Shown here one piece after another: positions 28,552-41,852 of a stretch of DNA of 64,000 nucleotides. The notes under the pieces are model-generated. The model did no database searches, had not been told where the DNA came from, and saw only the letters and a list, made by a program, of their open reading frames with translations. A program made the translations under genes and the position numbers. Position 1 is the stretch's first letter; each line of letters starts with the position of its first letter. Origin of the DNA: the human T2T-CHM13v2.0 reference genome, Homo sapiens; assembly GCF_009914755.1 (NCBI RefSeq), contig NC_060925.1; one strand, 5' to 3'.

Positions 28552-28950
28552 TCACAGCCATTAAAAAGAACAAAATCATGGCTATTGCAGCAACATGGAT
28601 GCAGCTGGAGGCCATCGTCCTAAGCAAATTAATACGGGAACAGAAAACAAAATACCCCGTGTTCTGACTTCTAAGTGGGAGTTAAACACTGGGTACTCAT
28701 GGACATAAAGATGGCAACAATAGACACTAGGGAGTAGTAGTGTCTATTGTATAGAAGGAGGAGGGAAGGAGAGAGGCAAAAGTTGAAAAACCATCAGGTA
28801 CTACCCGCCCACTACCTGGGTGACAGGATCAATTGTATTCCAAACCTTAGCATCCTGCAATATGCCCAGGTAACAAACCTGCACAGGTACCCCCTGAATC
28901 AAAAATAAAAGCTGAAATTAAAATAAATAAATTTAATTTAAATATAAAAA
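28552..28950 (+). mobile_element. L1 3' end (L1PA15/16-like)
   Basis: 'gcagcaacatggatgcagctggaggcc...taacaaacctgcac...aataaaag' plus A-rich tail. Confidence 0.88.
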
Positions 28951-30377
28951 ATGTTGCTTTTTCTTCCCCTTCATTATAGCACAACAAAGAGATCACTCTG
29001 TACGAAGCTGTTTCCCAAATGATTTTTTCTCACATAATTTAGCACTTCATTATACCATCACTGACACACATACATATAGGATACTACCCTTTATACTAAT
29101 TGTTTTGTCTCAATAGCTCTTTTCTACAACTAGAATGTCAGCTCCTTGTGGACAGGGAGAGCCCTTGTTTCTCACATAGAATAGGCTGGGCCCATAGGAG
29201 TAGCCAATGATTCCTGTTGAGATAAGACACTGATTATAGTGAGAAAGGCTTTATAACGTCATTTTTCTGTCTTTTTATCTCAAAGTAAAAGAATGTGAAA
29301 TGTGCCTAGTACAATGCCTGGCATGTAATAAATGTTGAATAAAGTTTATTTTGCAATCCCACCTCTACAGCTTTTCCTTACAGGTATGATTTACTAATTC
29401 TTTGACTGGATTTGGGCTTCCTCTCTAAATCCCGAGTCCTCCATATTTTGTAATGCGTGGAACACAGACTTTGATACTTCTTTCTAAGACCGTTTCTTGT
29501 GTGAAATATGAGGAAGAAGGGGAGGGCATGGGAGAACCTCAGTTCCCACCCTTGGCCCTCGTCCTGTCCTTTTCTCTGGTGCATTGAATATCTGCTTACG
29601 GGGTCCTTCTTAGCTATGTGGTGATTGCCAGGTTAAGCCCCTTTAGAGAATCACCTCACATCCACAGCCCAAATGACTTTTTTTTTTTTCTTTCAACTTT
29701 TGTTAGTCATTGCCTGAGCCAGGTGCGGAATAAACCACATTTGTGAAGCCCTTGCTGAAGCAACGTAGCTGTCCTGGATGCCATGATGAATGGTCCCCGG
29801 GTGGAGAGTTGTTTGACCTCATTGACTTGGGATGATCACAGTCAGAGACCTCAGCCTTCTCCCAGCCCTGAGGCGAACTTCCTGGACTTTTCTAGCAAGC
29901 CATCCAGTTTCTTCACTGCTTTAGTTCTCTGTCAGCCAAGCACGAAGGGAAAATTTACCTTGTATACCCTGCTCTCCCTCCAGGGTCATGAGTGTGTCTG
30001 TATCTGGGCAGCTCTTCCCTTCTGCACATTCAGAGGAAAACGGCATTTTCCTGTAATCTCCAGGCCTGCCCGAGATCATCTCTCCTCTGGCAGCCCAGTG
30101 ATCTAGGAGTGTACATTCCACTAAACCTTTCCCACTTTCAGACTATCTCCCAGCTGAGACTTTATGGGTTCTTTAACTGGCTACCTCCTGGATGGAGATA
30201 ATAAGGTGTTCCTAGGTGTCCCCTGCTCTTGTAGAGAGGCTGGGATGTAGGGGCAAAGTCACAGTGTGAAACTCATCTCTGTTTTGGAGAAGCAGGGCTT
30301 GCTATTGGTTTCACATGCTAAATTCCATCACAGGACTTTGGTACAGCCATGGCAAGTACAGGCAGGGAGGAGGTTGT

Positions 30378-30499
30378 GTATTGTATTGCATTGCATTGCA
30401 TTGCATTGCATTGCATTGCATTGCATTGCATTGCATTGCATTGCATTGCATTGCATTGTATTGTATTGTATTGCATTGCATTGTATTGTATATTGTATT
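30378..30499. repeat. Pentanucleotide microsatellite (TTGCA)n/(TTGTA)n
   Basis: 14 uninterrupted TTGCA units (30386-30455) flanked by TTGTA variants. Confidence 0.98.
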
Positions 30500-30539
30500 A
30501 TTATTTTGCAGCCACATCTACAGTACCTCCATGTTCCCA

Positions 30540-30715
30540 ACCATTCTATGTGCTTTTCACATACTCGTTAGTCCTCATGACAGCCCTGTGAAGTAGATAA
30601 TATTCCCAATTTAGAGTTGAGGAAACTGAGATGCATAGAGGTTAACTTGCCCAATGTCACACAGCTAGTAAGTGGCGGAGCCGGGATTCAAACCCAGTCA
30701 GGCTGGCCCCAGAAT
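30540..30715 (-). mobile_element. MIR
   Basis: 'tgaggaaactgag...cttgcccaatgtcacacagctagtaagtggcggagccgggattcaaaccca'. Confidence 0.88.
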
Positions 30716-31949
30716 CTGCTCTGATGCTGCATAAAAGTGGGGTAAACTCTGGCCAAGGAATCAAGAATCCTGCATTTCCTTTCACCAGGGCTGTTGCCTC
30801 CCTTGAAACTGGAAATTCAGCCCCTTGCTCTTTTCCCTCTTGCTGATCCTAAGCTCATTCACCCATGAAAAATATAGCCCATTAAGGAAACATCTTTGCA
30901 GAATCTTGGAATGCTTGTGACCGGTGCTTTGCGGGAAAGGCATGTTTCAGGTGATGATGTGGAGCAAAGGGACCATTCCGGCTTCCTGCCCTGCCTCTGC
31001 CACATACTACTGTATATGACATTGACAAGTGGCCTTTTCTCTGGGCCTCAGTTTCCCTGGCTGTTCCAGATGATCACTGAAATTTTCTTTAGTTCTCATA
31101 ATCTGTGGGCTCTTAGTCATTGTTTTGTCTGATTTCAGTCCACTCATAGTAACCTCTGTTGTTGACACTTACCTCATTCCAACTGGGTCCACGGCTAAGT
31201 GTTTAAGTTGAGGAGTCTGGGGGAGAAGTTGGAGAATGGGAGGGTTTGAGGGAAGAGATACCCCCACAGTTTCTGAATTTGGTCACCTGTGGCATGTGAT
31301 CTAACAAGAGCCAACCTTACTTTCATCAGTTCAATTCCAGTTGGGAGACCTGTTTGCTTTCACGGAAGGAGCAATAAGATAAATGTTGGCATTGGTGAAA
31401 ACTTCTAATCCTGATTCTACCACTTACTTTACAAACTGGGTCGCCATAATCATGTTACTTAATTTCTGTGAACCTCAATTTCCTCAAATGTAAAATGCAG
31501 AAAAGGTCTACCTTATAGAATTGGAAAATAGAATGATTAAGATAAAAATAGGCAATATATATATATATATGAAGTCTCTAGCCCAGTGCCTGATGCGTAG
31601 AAGGTGCTCGCCTCTCTTTAGAGGAGAAGGGGAGAGAGTATGATTCTGGGAGTGAGGAATGCCCTACACTTTTGGAGCTGGGAGGTTAGCATTTCTTTCC
31701 TTTCAGGTTAGTCCTGGTGCCTATTCTGGGCGCTGGATGGTTGTGACTTGTGAGACCGTGTTTTCCTGTGCTGGCTTATGCTTAGTTCATTGGTGTGGGC
31801 ATAGTGGAAATCCCAAAAAAGGCTTGTTATGTGAGTGAACACCCTCTTTTTTCTGATGACGGGAAAAGGATGGGAAGAGGGATCTCTTGGGCAGTGCCAA
31901 TTTTCCTGCTGATGCTCCAGGAAAGCCATGGCCTGGGAAGTCTGAGGCG

Positions 31950-32310
31950 ACGCAGCAGAGGGGTGGGCAGGAAGAGACTTAGGGAGGTGGTGCACCAGCG
32001 GCCCGGGGGAGAGGCAATGTGGAGGACTGCTGTGAGGACAAGGACAACAGGCAGACAGACAGGGGGAGGGCTGCAGGGAGGAGGGGGCTCTGCCTCCTTG
32101 GGGGCCAGAGAAGGGGAGCACAGTGAGCTGAGGCTACGAGGAGGTGGAGGGAAGAAGACTTTTAGAGCAAAGACTCTAAGAGCACAAAAGAGAGAGAGGG
32201 GAGGGAGGGATTCAGAGGGGAAAAGGGGTGGAGAGAGAAAGAGTAGGAAGAAGTGGGAGGAGGGAAGGCGACAGATACGATTAAAAAGAGGGTGGAAGAG
32301 GAACAACTGA
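31950..32310 (+). promoter_or_regulatory. GJA5: GJA5 promoter A (proximal)
   Basis: Purine-rich region with GC/GT boxes (GGGGTGGGC, GGGAGG), AGATA GATA motif at 32273-32277 and TTAAAAA at 32281, directly upstream of exon 1A. The Cx40 promoter is known to use Sp1, GATA4, TBX5 and NKX2-5. Confidence 0.8.
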
Positions 32311-32408
32311 CAGGCTCAAGAGCAAAAAGCGTGGGCAGTTGGAGAAGAAGCAGCCAGAGTGTGAAGAAGCCCACGGAAGGAAAGTCCAGGGAGGAGGAAA
32401 AGAAGCAG
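32310..32408 (+). other. GJA5: GJA5 non-coding exon 1A (start approximate)
   Basis: Ends AAGCAG|GTAAGA (consensus donor, GT at 32409); preceded by TATA-like TTAAAAA at 32281; matches my recollection of the transcript A 5'UTR. Intron to 46395 is about 14.0 kb. Confidence 0.88.
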
Positions 32409-35400
32409 GTAAGAGTAGACTTGAATTTGAACAGCTAAAGCTACAAGTGGATATGAAGTAGCCAGAGGAAGGGAGCTTGGATTCTAGGCTGGATAAAAAC
32501 AAAGCTCTTTCTTTCTACCTGTGAGTTTATTCCTTACCCCTCCCGCTATTTCCTGTGATAGTGAGGTATGGATATATTAAAAAGGAAGGTTTAGCGAAGC
32601 AGCAGATAAATTACTTCCTTGATTTAGAGGGAGATGAAGAATTGCGAGTGGAGGGCCCTTGGGGTTCCAGCCTACTTTTGTGGAGTTCAGTCCTCTGGGG
32701 GCATCTTAGAAGTGGGTCACCAGTCCATTCCCAAGAACTTTTCTTAGAGGGAATTGGCCCTTTAAAAATAAAACCAACACTGTTTTACGATGCTTCTGCT
32801 AGGCATGGAATCTTTTTCAAAATGCCTTTAGCAGCATCTAGGGGAGTGTTTTGCTTTTTTTTTTTTTTTTTTTCTCCCTAAGGCATGTTGGATGGTTTAA
32901 AAATATTCCCTGCTTAGTTTCCTGCAGAGTATCATGTCCCCGCTGTGCAGTGGCCACATGTGAGAGATCCAGGCTGCCACTTGCAGCCGGAGGAAAGAGG
33001 CATGTGAAACCAGCGAGGAAGGCCAGGAAAGCACCCACTGAAGGTCTCCTTTCCACTTGTGGTGTGAAGTAGGAGGCCATGGGGTAGAAAGATTCTGTTA
33101 GTTTCTTCCTGGACCTTTCTTCTGAGCATGCAGTGAAAGAGCCCAAACTCAGGGGCTGGGAGGCCTTGTAGCAGACACATCCCCATGCTGGGCCTCGGTT
33201 TCCTCATCTATAAAATGGGGAATTTGAAGTAGAAGGTTCCCTCTGGTTCCATTCAGCAGTAACGGTGTGTAAGGCTGTGATTCCATAGGCTCAAAGGCAA
33301 CTCAGAACCACTGAAAAAGGGAGGCGCAACACAAGAATTTCTCATCCTGCTCTGTTGCTCAGTTTTTTCCTTATTCTCCCTCGCAGTATTCCATTATAAT
33401 AGAGGGATTCCTTGTTCTCACTCCCCAGCAAATCACTGGGGCTGCTGTTTCTGGAAAAAGGCTCTGGTGCAAAGAGGTCCAGCTGGCTGCGTGGGGAGGC
33501 AGGGCAGTGCAAAGAGCACCGAACAGGGAGTCAGAAGACCTGGAACCAGCAAAACTGAAGGAGAGAAGAGACCAAGGGGAGCGTGTGGAGGTGCAGCGCC
33601 TCTGACTGCCTGGTGCTGTGGCTCATGGCTGGGGACACCAGCTGGTATTTAGAGGCCTTCTAACCTGACTTTTACATCAGCAGGCCAAGCAGCCTCCATC
33701 CCCTCCACCCACTGTCCCCAGAGTCACAGCCAAGCCCAGCCCAGCCCTTGATTCACTGCTCTCTAGGGACAGCTCTGAACTTTCCACCTTCCTGCCAAGT
33801 TGCCCGGCGGCAGAGCTGTTTGGAGCCTGCTCCCCTGGCTGTCCCTCCAAGCCTTTTCCTCACTCAGCACCTGCCAGTGAGGAGTCCCAATGACCACAGT
33901 CTGCAGAGCAGAGAGTACCAGGAGGGGATTCTGTGGCTTCCAACCCAACACTCTCTGAGCATCCTTCACCCACACATGTGACGTTCACAGAGCCACAGCA
34001 GTCACAGAATCAGGCTGCCCTGCTTTGTCTCTGCCTTGGAACCCCAGAGGTGTGCTTGCTGGGCTCCTGAAGCTGGTCACTGTTCTTACATCTTAACTGC
34101 CTCACTCCTGTCCCCTCTCCTAGTACTGCCTAAGGTCTGAGAACATTAGAACTGAAAGAGGTCTCTTCCATTACCAGCCTCCTTCTTTGGCAAATAAGGA
34201 GAACAAGGACTAGAGAAGGGCATGACTCGTAGGAGACGACACAGTGAGTCAGGGCTGATTGAGTTGGGAGAGCACCCTGCCCTGCTCACTCATACCGAGG
34301 GCTCTTCTAATGTCCATCCCCCGGCTGGATTTTCCTAGCCTCCATCTCTCCCTGAGTCTCCCTGATTCTTCCACTTGAGTGTCTCTACAATTCCATTTTT
34401 TGGTATTGACTCCCACCTGCCCACCTGCTCTTCATCGTCTACACTGGCTGTTCGTGGGGCACAGGCAGTGGAGGGCACTGCCACAGTGCCGCCTGGTCTC
34501 TCAGGTACTGGCTGACCCCACCTCTTAGGACAGGGGACCTGTCTATGTGGATCAATCAGGACAGGAACTGGATGACCTGCCGTTTTCAGGGACAGGGAGA
34601 CCCAAGGCCAAAGCTCTGCCCCCGTCCTAGGGAAGGACTCACTTACTGGGGATTCCAGTAGCTCTCTGTGTGAATGAACTCCCATAAGCACCAACCTGGG
34701 CTCAAGGGTTGAGCTGGACAAAGGGGAGAGATGACCATTTTCCTGGAAAGCTTCAGGGTTCCTGGAAAGGAAGCTGACTTCCTTACTATTGTTGGAAGCT
34801 GCTGGCTCCTGGTGATGCCAGCTTGATGCACTTTGAGAATAAATTGTTTCTGATATATTAGTAAATAATGGGCAAGTAAAATTTAGTATTCAACAGTCCA
34901 CTGAGAGTCAGGAGGTCGCAGAATGAGAGGTATTGAAAAAATCACAGAGGGACCTTAGAGTTTATCTAATTGAGGGGTAGGGCCGAAGGAAGAACCTGGG
35001 CATTTGGAGTCACATTTGGCTAGGATTTTAGCTGTGTGATCTTGGGGAAATTATTTAATGTCTCTTACACTCAGTTTCTTCATCTGCCAAAGATGCTAAT
35101 AAATATCTTCCTCATAAGGTTTTATGAGGATTAAATATTTTAAATGGCTATCAAATAGAAAGGCTTCCTACGACATATAATTCCAAGGAGGTATTGCTGG
35201 TTTTTTATGACCACAGATTTTTTTTTTCTAGGACTCCTTCTGCTGTCCTCTAAGCTAGAAGTCAGAAACTCTGGACTTGTTTCTTGGCTTTGCCACTAAC
35301 TTGCCATGCTATCACAACTGGGCAAGTCACAGACTCCCCAGATGTTCTAACTTAGAGATGGAAGAGCCTCTACACTTTTGTTTCACATGTGAGCAAAGTG

Positions 35401-37964
35401 AGGCTCAGGGAGGGGAAATATCTTGTCTAGGATCACAAAGAAACAGCTGGAACCAGAAAAGAGCCTCTCTTCATGAAATGATAACATTGCATTTTCACAG
35501 GGGATTTCCCGAATCTTACTCCAACCTGGCAACTCCATGATTCAGAACCTCAGGAGAGGACAGAGGTGGCTAGGGATCAAGATGTCCCTTACCCTCAGAT
35601 CACAGAGTAGACAACCCCCTCTTTCTCTTCCAAGTAGAACTGAGCCTGCTTCAAACCTCTCATTGTGAGTGTGCCTTCTGCTTGGTGATCAGATTCAAAA
35701 GTGCTGCAGCTTCTCAGAAGAGAGGCATCCCATGAGGCATACATTTTATAATATGGAGCCATGTGGAGTCCAACTCCAGGCCCAAAATCTTGAGTTAAGG
35801 ACACATTAGGAGGCATGCTGGACTTGAAACAGGAATGAGAGTGGCTTAATTTGATTGGGCCCTACACCTCCCTGATTCTCCAGACTTGACCCAGGAGGTC
35901 TGGATGCCTTGTGAGATAACTAATTTGTAGACAAATTCCTATACTTTCCATTGTCTGTGTTTTTCCCATCTCTGACAGTTACCCTCTTTTACCTGTGCCA
36001 CATGAGGGTCCTTGCTGTGTCACTAACCAGCCTGAAGCACTATCAGATTCTGCATCAAGTTGGCTAGTTGGATCATGTCTGAGAGGAGTTTTTACTGGAA
36101 ATGTCAGAAAAGAAAACAAGGAACTAATATCATTGAGTGCCTATATGCCAGATACTGTTCTAGGTGACTCCACATGTCCACACATTACGTTATCCCCATG
36201 AATAAACATTCCTATTTGTTAGATGAGTTAGAAATTGGGAGGATAAGTGACTTGCCTAGGGTTACACTACTAGAGAGTGATGCAAGCAGGGTCCTAGCCC
36301 TACTAGTCCTTAGAGACCGGAAGTTCCTCCGCCTAATAATTGCTGTTTCTGTTGTTCTTGTTATGATTTCACATCAATGGAACACCAGAGCCTGCTGTTT
36401 GGCCAGCCAAGAACCGGGCAGTAGACACTGCTGCAGCCAAGAACACTTGCTGGCTAAAAAAGGAAATAACTTTCTATATGTGAATTCTGGCCAAATGATG
36501 GCAGAGGCCGAAGAGTCTGGGAATCCTGACCACTGTGGGCTGAGGGCCCCAATGTAATAATTAATTCTAGGAACAGCATATGTAAGGGATGGCCAGCCAG
36601 TAAGGCAGAAGCTAAAAGGAAAAACGCTGGGTCTCTTCTGAGGCAAGGTAAAGTGGGAAAAATAGATGATGATAACTCTGAGAGTTAAGAGACTGGAGTT
36701 CTGGGCACGGGCTTATCATCATCTATCAGTCCTAGTCCTTGGTTTTCTTTCTCTTGTCAGAGATGTAGAGAGGATGTGGGCTTTAGAGTTAGGCTAGCTG
36801 GATTCAAACCCTTTATGCAGCATTTGCCAGTTGTGGCACTTAGTACAAGTACTTAGCCTCTGAGCCTCAGTTTTTTCATCAGTGAAATGGGGCAATACTA
36901 CTTTCCTTGCAGTGTTAATGGGAGGGTTAGAAAGTATAGTTATAAAGGGCTTCACACATGGGAAATACTCAAGTTAGTGTTGTTATCACTCTTACTTTAC
37001 TTCCTTGGACCCTTGTCATCTTGTTTAAAAATAAGGAGTTGAGTTTGATTGATCTCTACATTCCGTTCAGCTCTACTGCACTATAAATCTATGACAAATG
37101 GGGAAAATAATAAAGAAATGTGGGTATTATAATTTTCATTAGTAATTAATTGCATGGGTACTAAGTTACCCCCTTGGAGCAATTAATAAGGACCTACCAA
37201 TATTTTGTTGACATTTAATATCTCCATTTACTACTCCCTTTCTTTCACTTTTCATATTTTTTCTTCCAACAGTTTAAGAAAATTATTTATCCTAGCACGA
37301 ATCTCTTTCTGCACTTTACTCCCTTCTACTTCCTTGGCTTTGAAACAACTGTCTGCCAGCAGGGTGTCTCTGAGTGGACCCATCTGTTCTTGCCAGAATA
37401 AAATAATTAAATTTAAAAAGGAATTAATTATCTGCCATTGGTGCCACTGGCCAGAGTAAGAGGAAGACTGAAGTGAGTACTTCATCTCACTCATCTCTTC
37501 TCCTCTCTTATCTCTATCTTCCTTTCCCCTCTACAATGAACAAGGTTCAGGGATGCTGGCCCTCAGTGGACTTCTAATTCTGAGGAAGGTGCCCACACTG
37601 CCCAGCTCAGTAGCTACAGTTACATCACATGCCTGATCATTTCTCCTGAGGCTGAAGTAGTTACCCCAAATGTAAATCAGGAAAAGAATGAAAATCCTAA
37701 ATGTAAGAATTAGCACCAGTCACCTACAATCAACTCCCTATCCGAACAATGATCTCAATGAACATTCCTGCTTCAATCATCTTATATAAAAGTGGCCAGC
37801 CTTTGACTGGTTAGGATTTTCCAAAGAAGGAACTTCAAGTGATTTAGATAGAGTTTAGCACAGTTGTCAAGGCAGGGACACTGCTGTCAGATGAGCTGGG
37901 AGCTCTTACTAGCAGTGTGATCTTGCTCAAGTTACCCTCTCTGAGCCCTGTAACAAAAGATGAG

Positions 37965-38274
37965 AGGCCAGCCATGGTGGCTCATGCCTGTAATCCCAGC
38001 ACTTTGGGAGGCCGAAGTGGGTAGATCGTCTGAGCCCAAGAGTTTGAGACCAGCCTGGGCAACAGGACAAAACCCCATCTCTAAAAAAAAAAAAAAAAAA
38101 TACAAAAAATTAGCTGGGTATGGTGGTGCATGCCTGTGGTCCTGGCTACTTGGGAGGCTGAGGTGGGAGGATCACCTGAGTTCAGGAGGTCAAGGTTCCA
38201 GTGAGCTGTGATTGTGTCACTGCACTCCAGCCTGGGTGACAAAGTGAGACCCTGTCTCAAGAAAAAAAAAAAAA
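37965..38274 (+). mobile_element. AluJ inserted in a MIR
   Basis: Full dimer with A tail; MIR sequence on both sides. Confidence 0.92.
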
Positions 38275-40819
38275 GAATAGTCCCCACTTCCTCAGGCTGT
38301 TGTGAGAATCAAATGAAAACAGATATGGAAAGACACTTATAGAGTGTCTGGCACATAGAAAGGTGTCAGTGAGTGTTATTTTATTTCCATTATTATTATT
38401 ATCACCTAGATCCAAATTCTTTTTTTGTGTGTGTAACTGGGTAAACTAGAAGACGTAGTTGGGAATATCAAAGGATAACAAAGATTACTGAAGTAGCTGA
38501 GGATCAAGACCACTTTCTCATGCAATTCTCCCTACATACCCATTTTAAGGAGAAATTATTGGGGTGAGAGGAAATCAGAAAACATGTACACAAATTAATA
38601 AGGTACAAAAGACTTCTGACATAAAGGTTATGCTTGGTGCTTTGCTTTATAAAGCTACCTTGATGTCTGACATGGCAGAGGAGCTCGATAAGCACTTTCT
38701 GAACTAAACTGCACTGATATGATACTATTTCTCAGGCAGCCTTTCAGTGAGGCCCTTTGGGTCCTTTCACAACAGAATTTTCTTAATTGGGAAGCAAATG
38801 AACTCTGCCCTGCACCACATTCCACTGTATGGTGAGTGGAATTATAGCATGGGCCCAGGGGGTTGTTATTATTACTATGAATAACAACCTTTATGGAGAA
38901 CCAGAGATCTGTTAGATACTGTCCAGAACATGTGTCGTTGTCCAGAATTAGACTCAGACTCTGTGGAGTGGTCTTGTCATCTAATTTTGACAAGCTTGGA
39001 TAAGTTCCCCAGTACTATGAGGGGAGGAGGCAGTGAGAGAGTAGTCCACAGTGATGGAATTTCTGCTTGAGACACATTCATTCCTGCTGAGAGAACGGCT
39101 CTGTCACAGGTAGAAGAAACACTCAGTGGCTTCCATCTCCCTGGTGTTCTGGTCACCATCGTCATTGGGCAGGTGTCCCTATGCCAGCTTCCCAGGCAGG
39201 CCCCTCCACTGACATGCAGCATGGCCCCAACGTGTTGCTTGGCCTCTGTGTGCATTCTCATCCTTTTCTTCAGCAACCGGTAAATAATTGCCTTGATCAA
39301 TTTGGCATTAGGTGTTTTGAGAGACCTAAATGCTATCAATTCATCCATCGTTGTTTTTATAAAGTACATACCACACTGTGCAGGGTGTGGTATTGAGCAC
39401 TAAGGGGTTTGGGGTGGAGGGAATTTCAGGAGGATAATACAATGATGAACAGAAAAGCAGTTTGTCTTCAAAGAGCTCAGGGTTGAGTGGGAGAGAGAAT
39501 ACATGGCCTGTAGAGCAACTAATTCTCAGGTGTGTGAGACCTCCAAGGCTTTACAGTTCAGCCCAAGGCCCAGCTGCTGACTTGGGGGACACAGAAATTA
39601 TTGTAAAATACTATATTAGAAAGGCTATTATGTGTGACTCCACAGGACAGAACTGGAATCAAGAGAAAGAAGAGAATTTTCAAGGCATCCCTATGGTAGG
39701 GCCTCACTCACTAGCAATATACCTTCTTAAGCAGGAGAGACGAGGGTGCAGTCACAGCAAGTGTGCTGGGAGGTACCTGTCATCTGCAGCCTACCTAGTT
39801 GATGCTGCAGCCACTACTAAAAGACTGCTACAAGCATGGACATTACTAATTGTGCAGTCCTTTACATCCCCAACCCCATTTGGAGGCTTCAGATTAGGCC
39901 CTCAGGAGCAAATAATGGACTAAGCATGGCCTATCATGTGGGTTGAGAATGACTCCAAACTCCTAGGCATGGCTGTTAAAGCCCTCCACAATCTGCTCCT
40001 GCCTGCTATGCAGACTCTCCTTCCATGCTCTGCTCATTGTACTCTAAAACCATGCTGGTTTTCATTTCAATGAATTTGTTCATGCAGTCTTGCCTTTGTC
40101 TGAAATCCCCTCATCTCTTCTGCAACTCCTCCATCCACTCCACACCCCTACAGACATCACATACCCCTAACTCCTACACCAGAGTTATCTCCACTGGGAA
40201 GTCCTCTCGAAGGTCTAAGAATTGATGAGCTCCACTCTTGGAGGGGAGATGGAATGAAACTTTCTGGCATGCACCAGACTTGAACAGAAACTCTGGAATG
40301 AAGCCCTGGTTCTTCCCCCATTAATTGTTTATTTGAACGAATCACTTTTATATGTTTCCTCCTCTGCAAAACACAGGCAATAACAATCACCCCACAGAGT
40401 GGTTATGAGGATTCATTCATTCAACAATAAAAATTGAATGTCTATAACATTCTGAAGGTATTCGGTCTTGAACAGAACAAATATGATCCTGCTCTCTTGG
40501 AACCAACAAGAGAATGTAGAAGCACATTTTGAACAGTATGTAAGCTTTTATTTTTATTTATTTATTGTGAGGTTTTATTTTTACTGCTGACCTTAAGAAG
40601 AAAGACTTGAGCCTCCTTAGGACCTCTTTGCAATCTTACTGCTAGCCAAACATTTTCTTCAATCATTAAGAAAGCATTTATTGTGTACCAAATGAGAGAA
40701 CCTAATGCAATAAGAATGCAAAGTAGAAGACAGGGCTTTTAACTTTGAGAAGCATACTACCCATTTGAGAGAAAAAGCTGTTAAATACTTGACAGAAGGA
40801 ATCATGCCTGACTTTATTA

Positions 40820-41135
<316 letters not shown>

Positions 41136-41421
41136 TAATAGACACCATTGAGTGCCCAGTGTGTGTCAGGCCTTGCACCTCTTTGGTACTGTTCTCATTA
41201 CTCAGAACAGTGGTAGGCACATAAAGGGGACTCAGCAAAGTATCTGCAGGTTGGCTGATAGACAAATGTTTGGAAAACAAGTCTAAGGAAATATATAACC
41301 AAGTGTGAGGATGTATCCTCCATGCTGGATGGTAATTAAAATTGCTACCATGTACCAGATGCTCAGTCTTCTGGAGTTCAGGGGACACCAAAGAGGGCTG
41401 AGGTCAATTTTAGAAGACTTA

Positions 41422-41852
<431 letters not shown>

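Noticed and set aside
30266-30596. CIALH/MQCNA repeat ORFs
   Set aside because: Translations of the pentanucleotide microsatellite.
31708-32310. 137-171 aa ORFs over promoter A
   Set aside because: Low-complexity purine-rich DNA depleted of stop codons; the peptides are compositionally biased.
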